Source of the DNA: a virus
IMG/VR virus record: IMGVR_UViG_3300009159_000033
Strand: one strand, 5' to 3'
DNA length: 64,000 bases
Shown here: piece by piece, positions 63,493 through 64,000 of the stretch
Layout: each line of letters starts with the position of its first letter
Numbering within the stretch: position 1 is the stretch's first letter
Made by a program: the position numbers and the translations under genes
The notes under the pieces: model-generated
What the model was told of the DNA's origin: nothing
The model's database searches: none
The model's input: the letters and a program-made list of their open reading frames with translations, nothing else

Positions 63493-63998
63493 CACTACAA
63501 GCTAGAATGAGTTCGGAAGATCGCCGGCTTTATAACCCAAGTAGAGATGTTGCTCATAATTTTCAACAAGTTATGGAGCTGGTGGCAGCTAGATTAGAAG
63601 ATCAAAGTTGGCCTGAGCTTGAAGAAATACTCCGTCGGGAGAAAGTAAGCATGGACGATTTAGGGGAAGCTTGCGGAGCTTATTGTTGTTATCTAGCTAA
63701 CGCTGTTGATTCTCCTACCTTGTCTATGTTTGACAGTTTAGCTCAAAGTAAATTCTTCCAGTGCAAACCAGGAGCACAAGTAGCTGTTCTAGCTATGATT
63801 GGTACATGTTATGCTGGTATACATTATGCAGGCATAAGAGAAGCTACAGTTGCTAGTGAAGGTCCAATGCAGACTATTGGCGATTTGCTGAAACATGCCG
63901 AACGATTTCGTAAATACGCTGGTATGTCCAGATGGCAACGCTGGTTTATTAAATGGAAAGCTCGCATATATGCTAGCTTTTCTGCTTTATCAAAGTAA
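63489..63998 (+). CDS. hypothetical protein
   Basis: ATGA overlap; stop at 63998. Confidence 0.6.
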   Translation: MTLQARMSSEDRRLYNPSRDVAHNFQQVMELVAARLEDQSWPELEEILRREKVSMDDLGEACGAYCCYLANAVDSPTLSMFDSLAQSKFFQCKPGAQVAVLAMIGTCYAGIHYAGIREATVASEGPMQTIGDLLKHAERFRKYAGMSRWQRWFIKWKARIYASFSALSK

Positions 63999-64000
63999 GA

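Noticed and set aside
1-64000. tRNA, rRNA, stop-codon reassignment, introns or inteins
   Set aside because: No cloverleaf or T-loop signature was noticed by eye. Long genes are intact under code 11 with TAA, TAG and TGA all used as stops, and no intein motifs were seen in TerL, helicases or PolA. A tRNAscan run would be needed to exclude tRNAs fully.

Overview
A 64 kb segment of a large (probably jumbo) tailed dsDNA phage, standard genetic code, densely coding and almost all on the + strand. The host may be a Planctomycetota bacterium (inference only). Layout: tail fibre and glycosyltransferase genes (1-7.7 kb); a small-gene cassette region punctuated by two families of repeated RNA motifs with compensatory base changes (7.7-10.4 kb); csrA and a DUF1257/DUF2997/AAA/DUF3150-type module (10.8-19.5 kb); a minus-strand block with a GpA-type terminase large subunit (19.5-25.1 kb); a C5 methyltransferase with a nested alternative-frame ORF; an Sm-fold-like gene followed by 18 translationally coupled, hypervariable Trp/Ser-rich microprotein ORFs (32.1-35.4 kb); small genes, a solo RNAP alpha-CTD and a palindrome-bounded cassette (35-42 kb); and a recombination/replication cluster (SbcD, SbcC, an IS110/Nop-like protein, a RAMP-like protein, SF2 helicase, DnaB-like helicase, primase, UDG-PolA, Tmk, SSB-like, RecA-like). 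The strongest candidates for undescribed biology are the 18-unit microprotein array, the two covarying RNA motif families, and the IS110/Nop-like + RAMP-like + structured RNA module. All family names come from motifs recognised by eye; no database search was run. No tRNA, rRNA or CRISPR array was seen.
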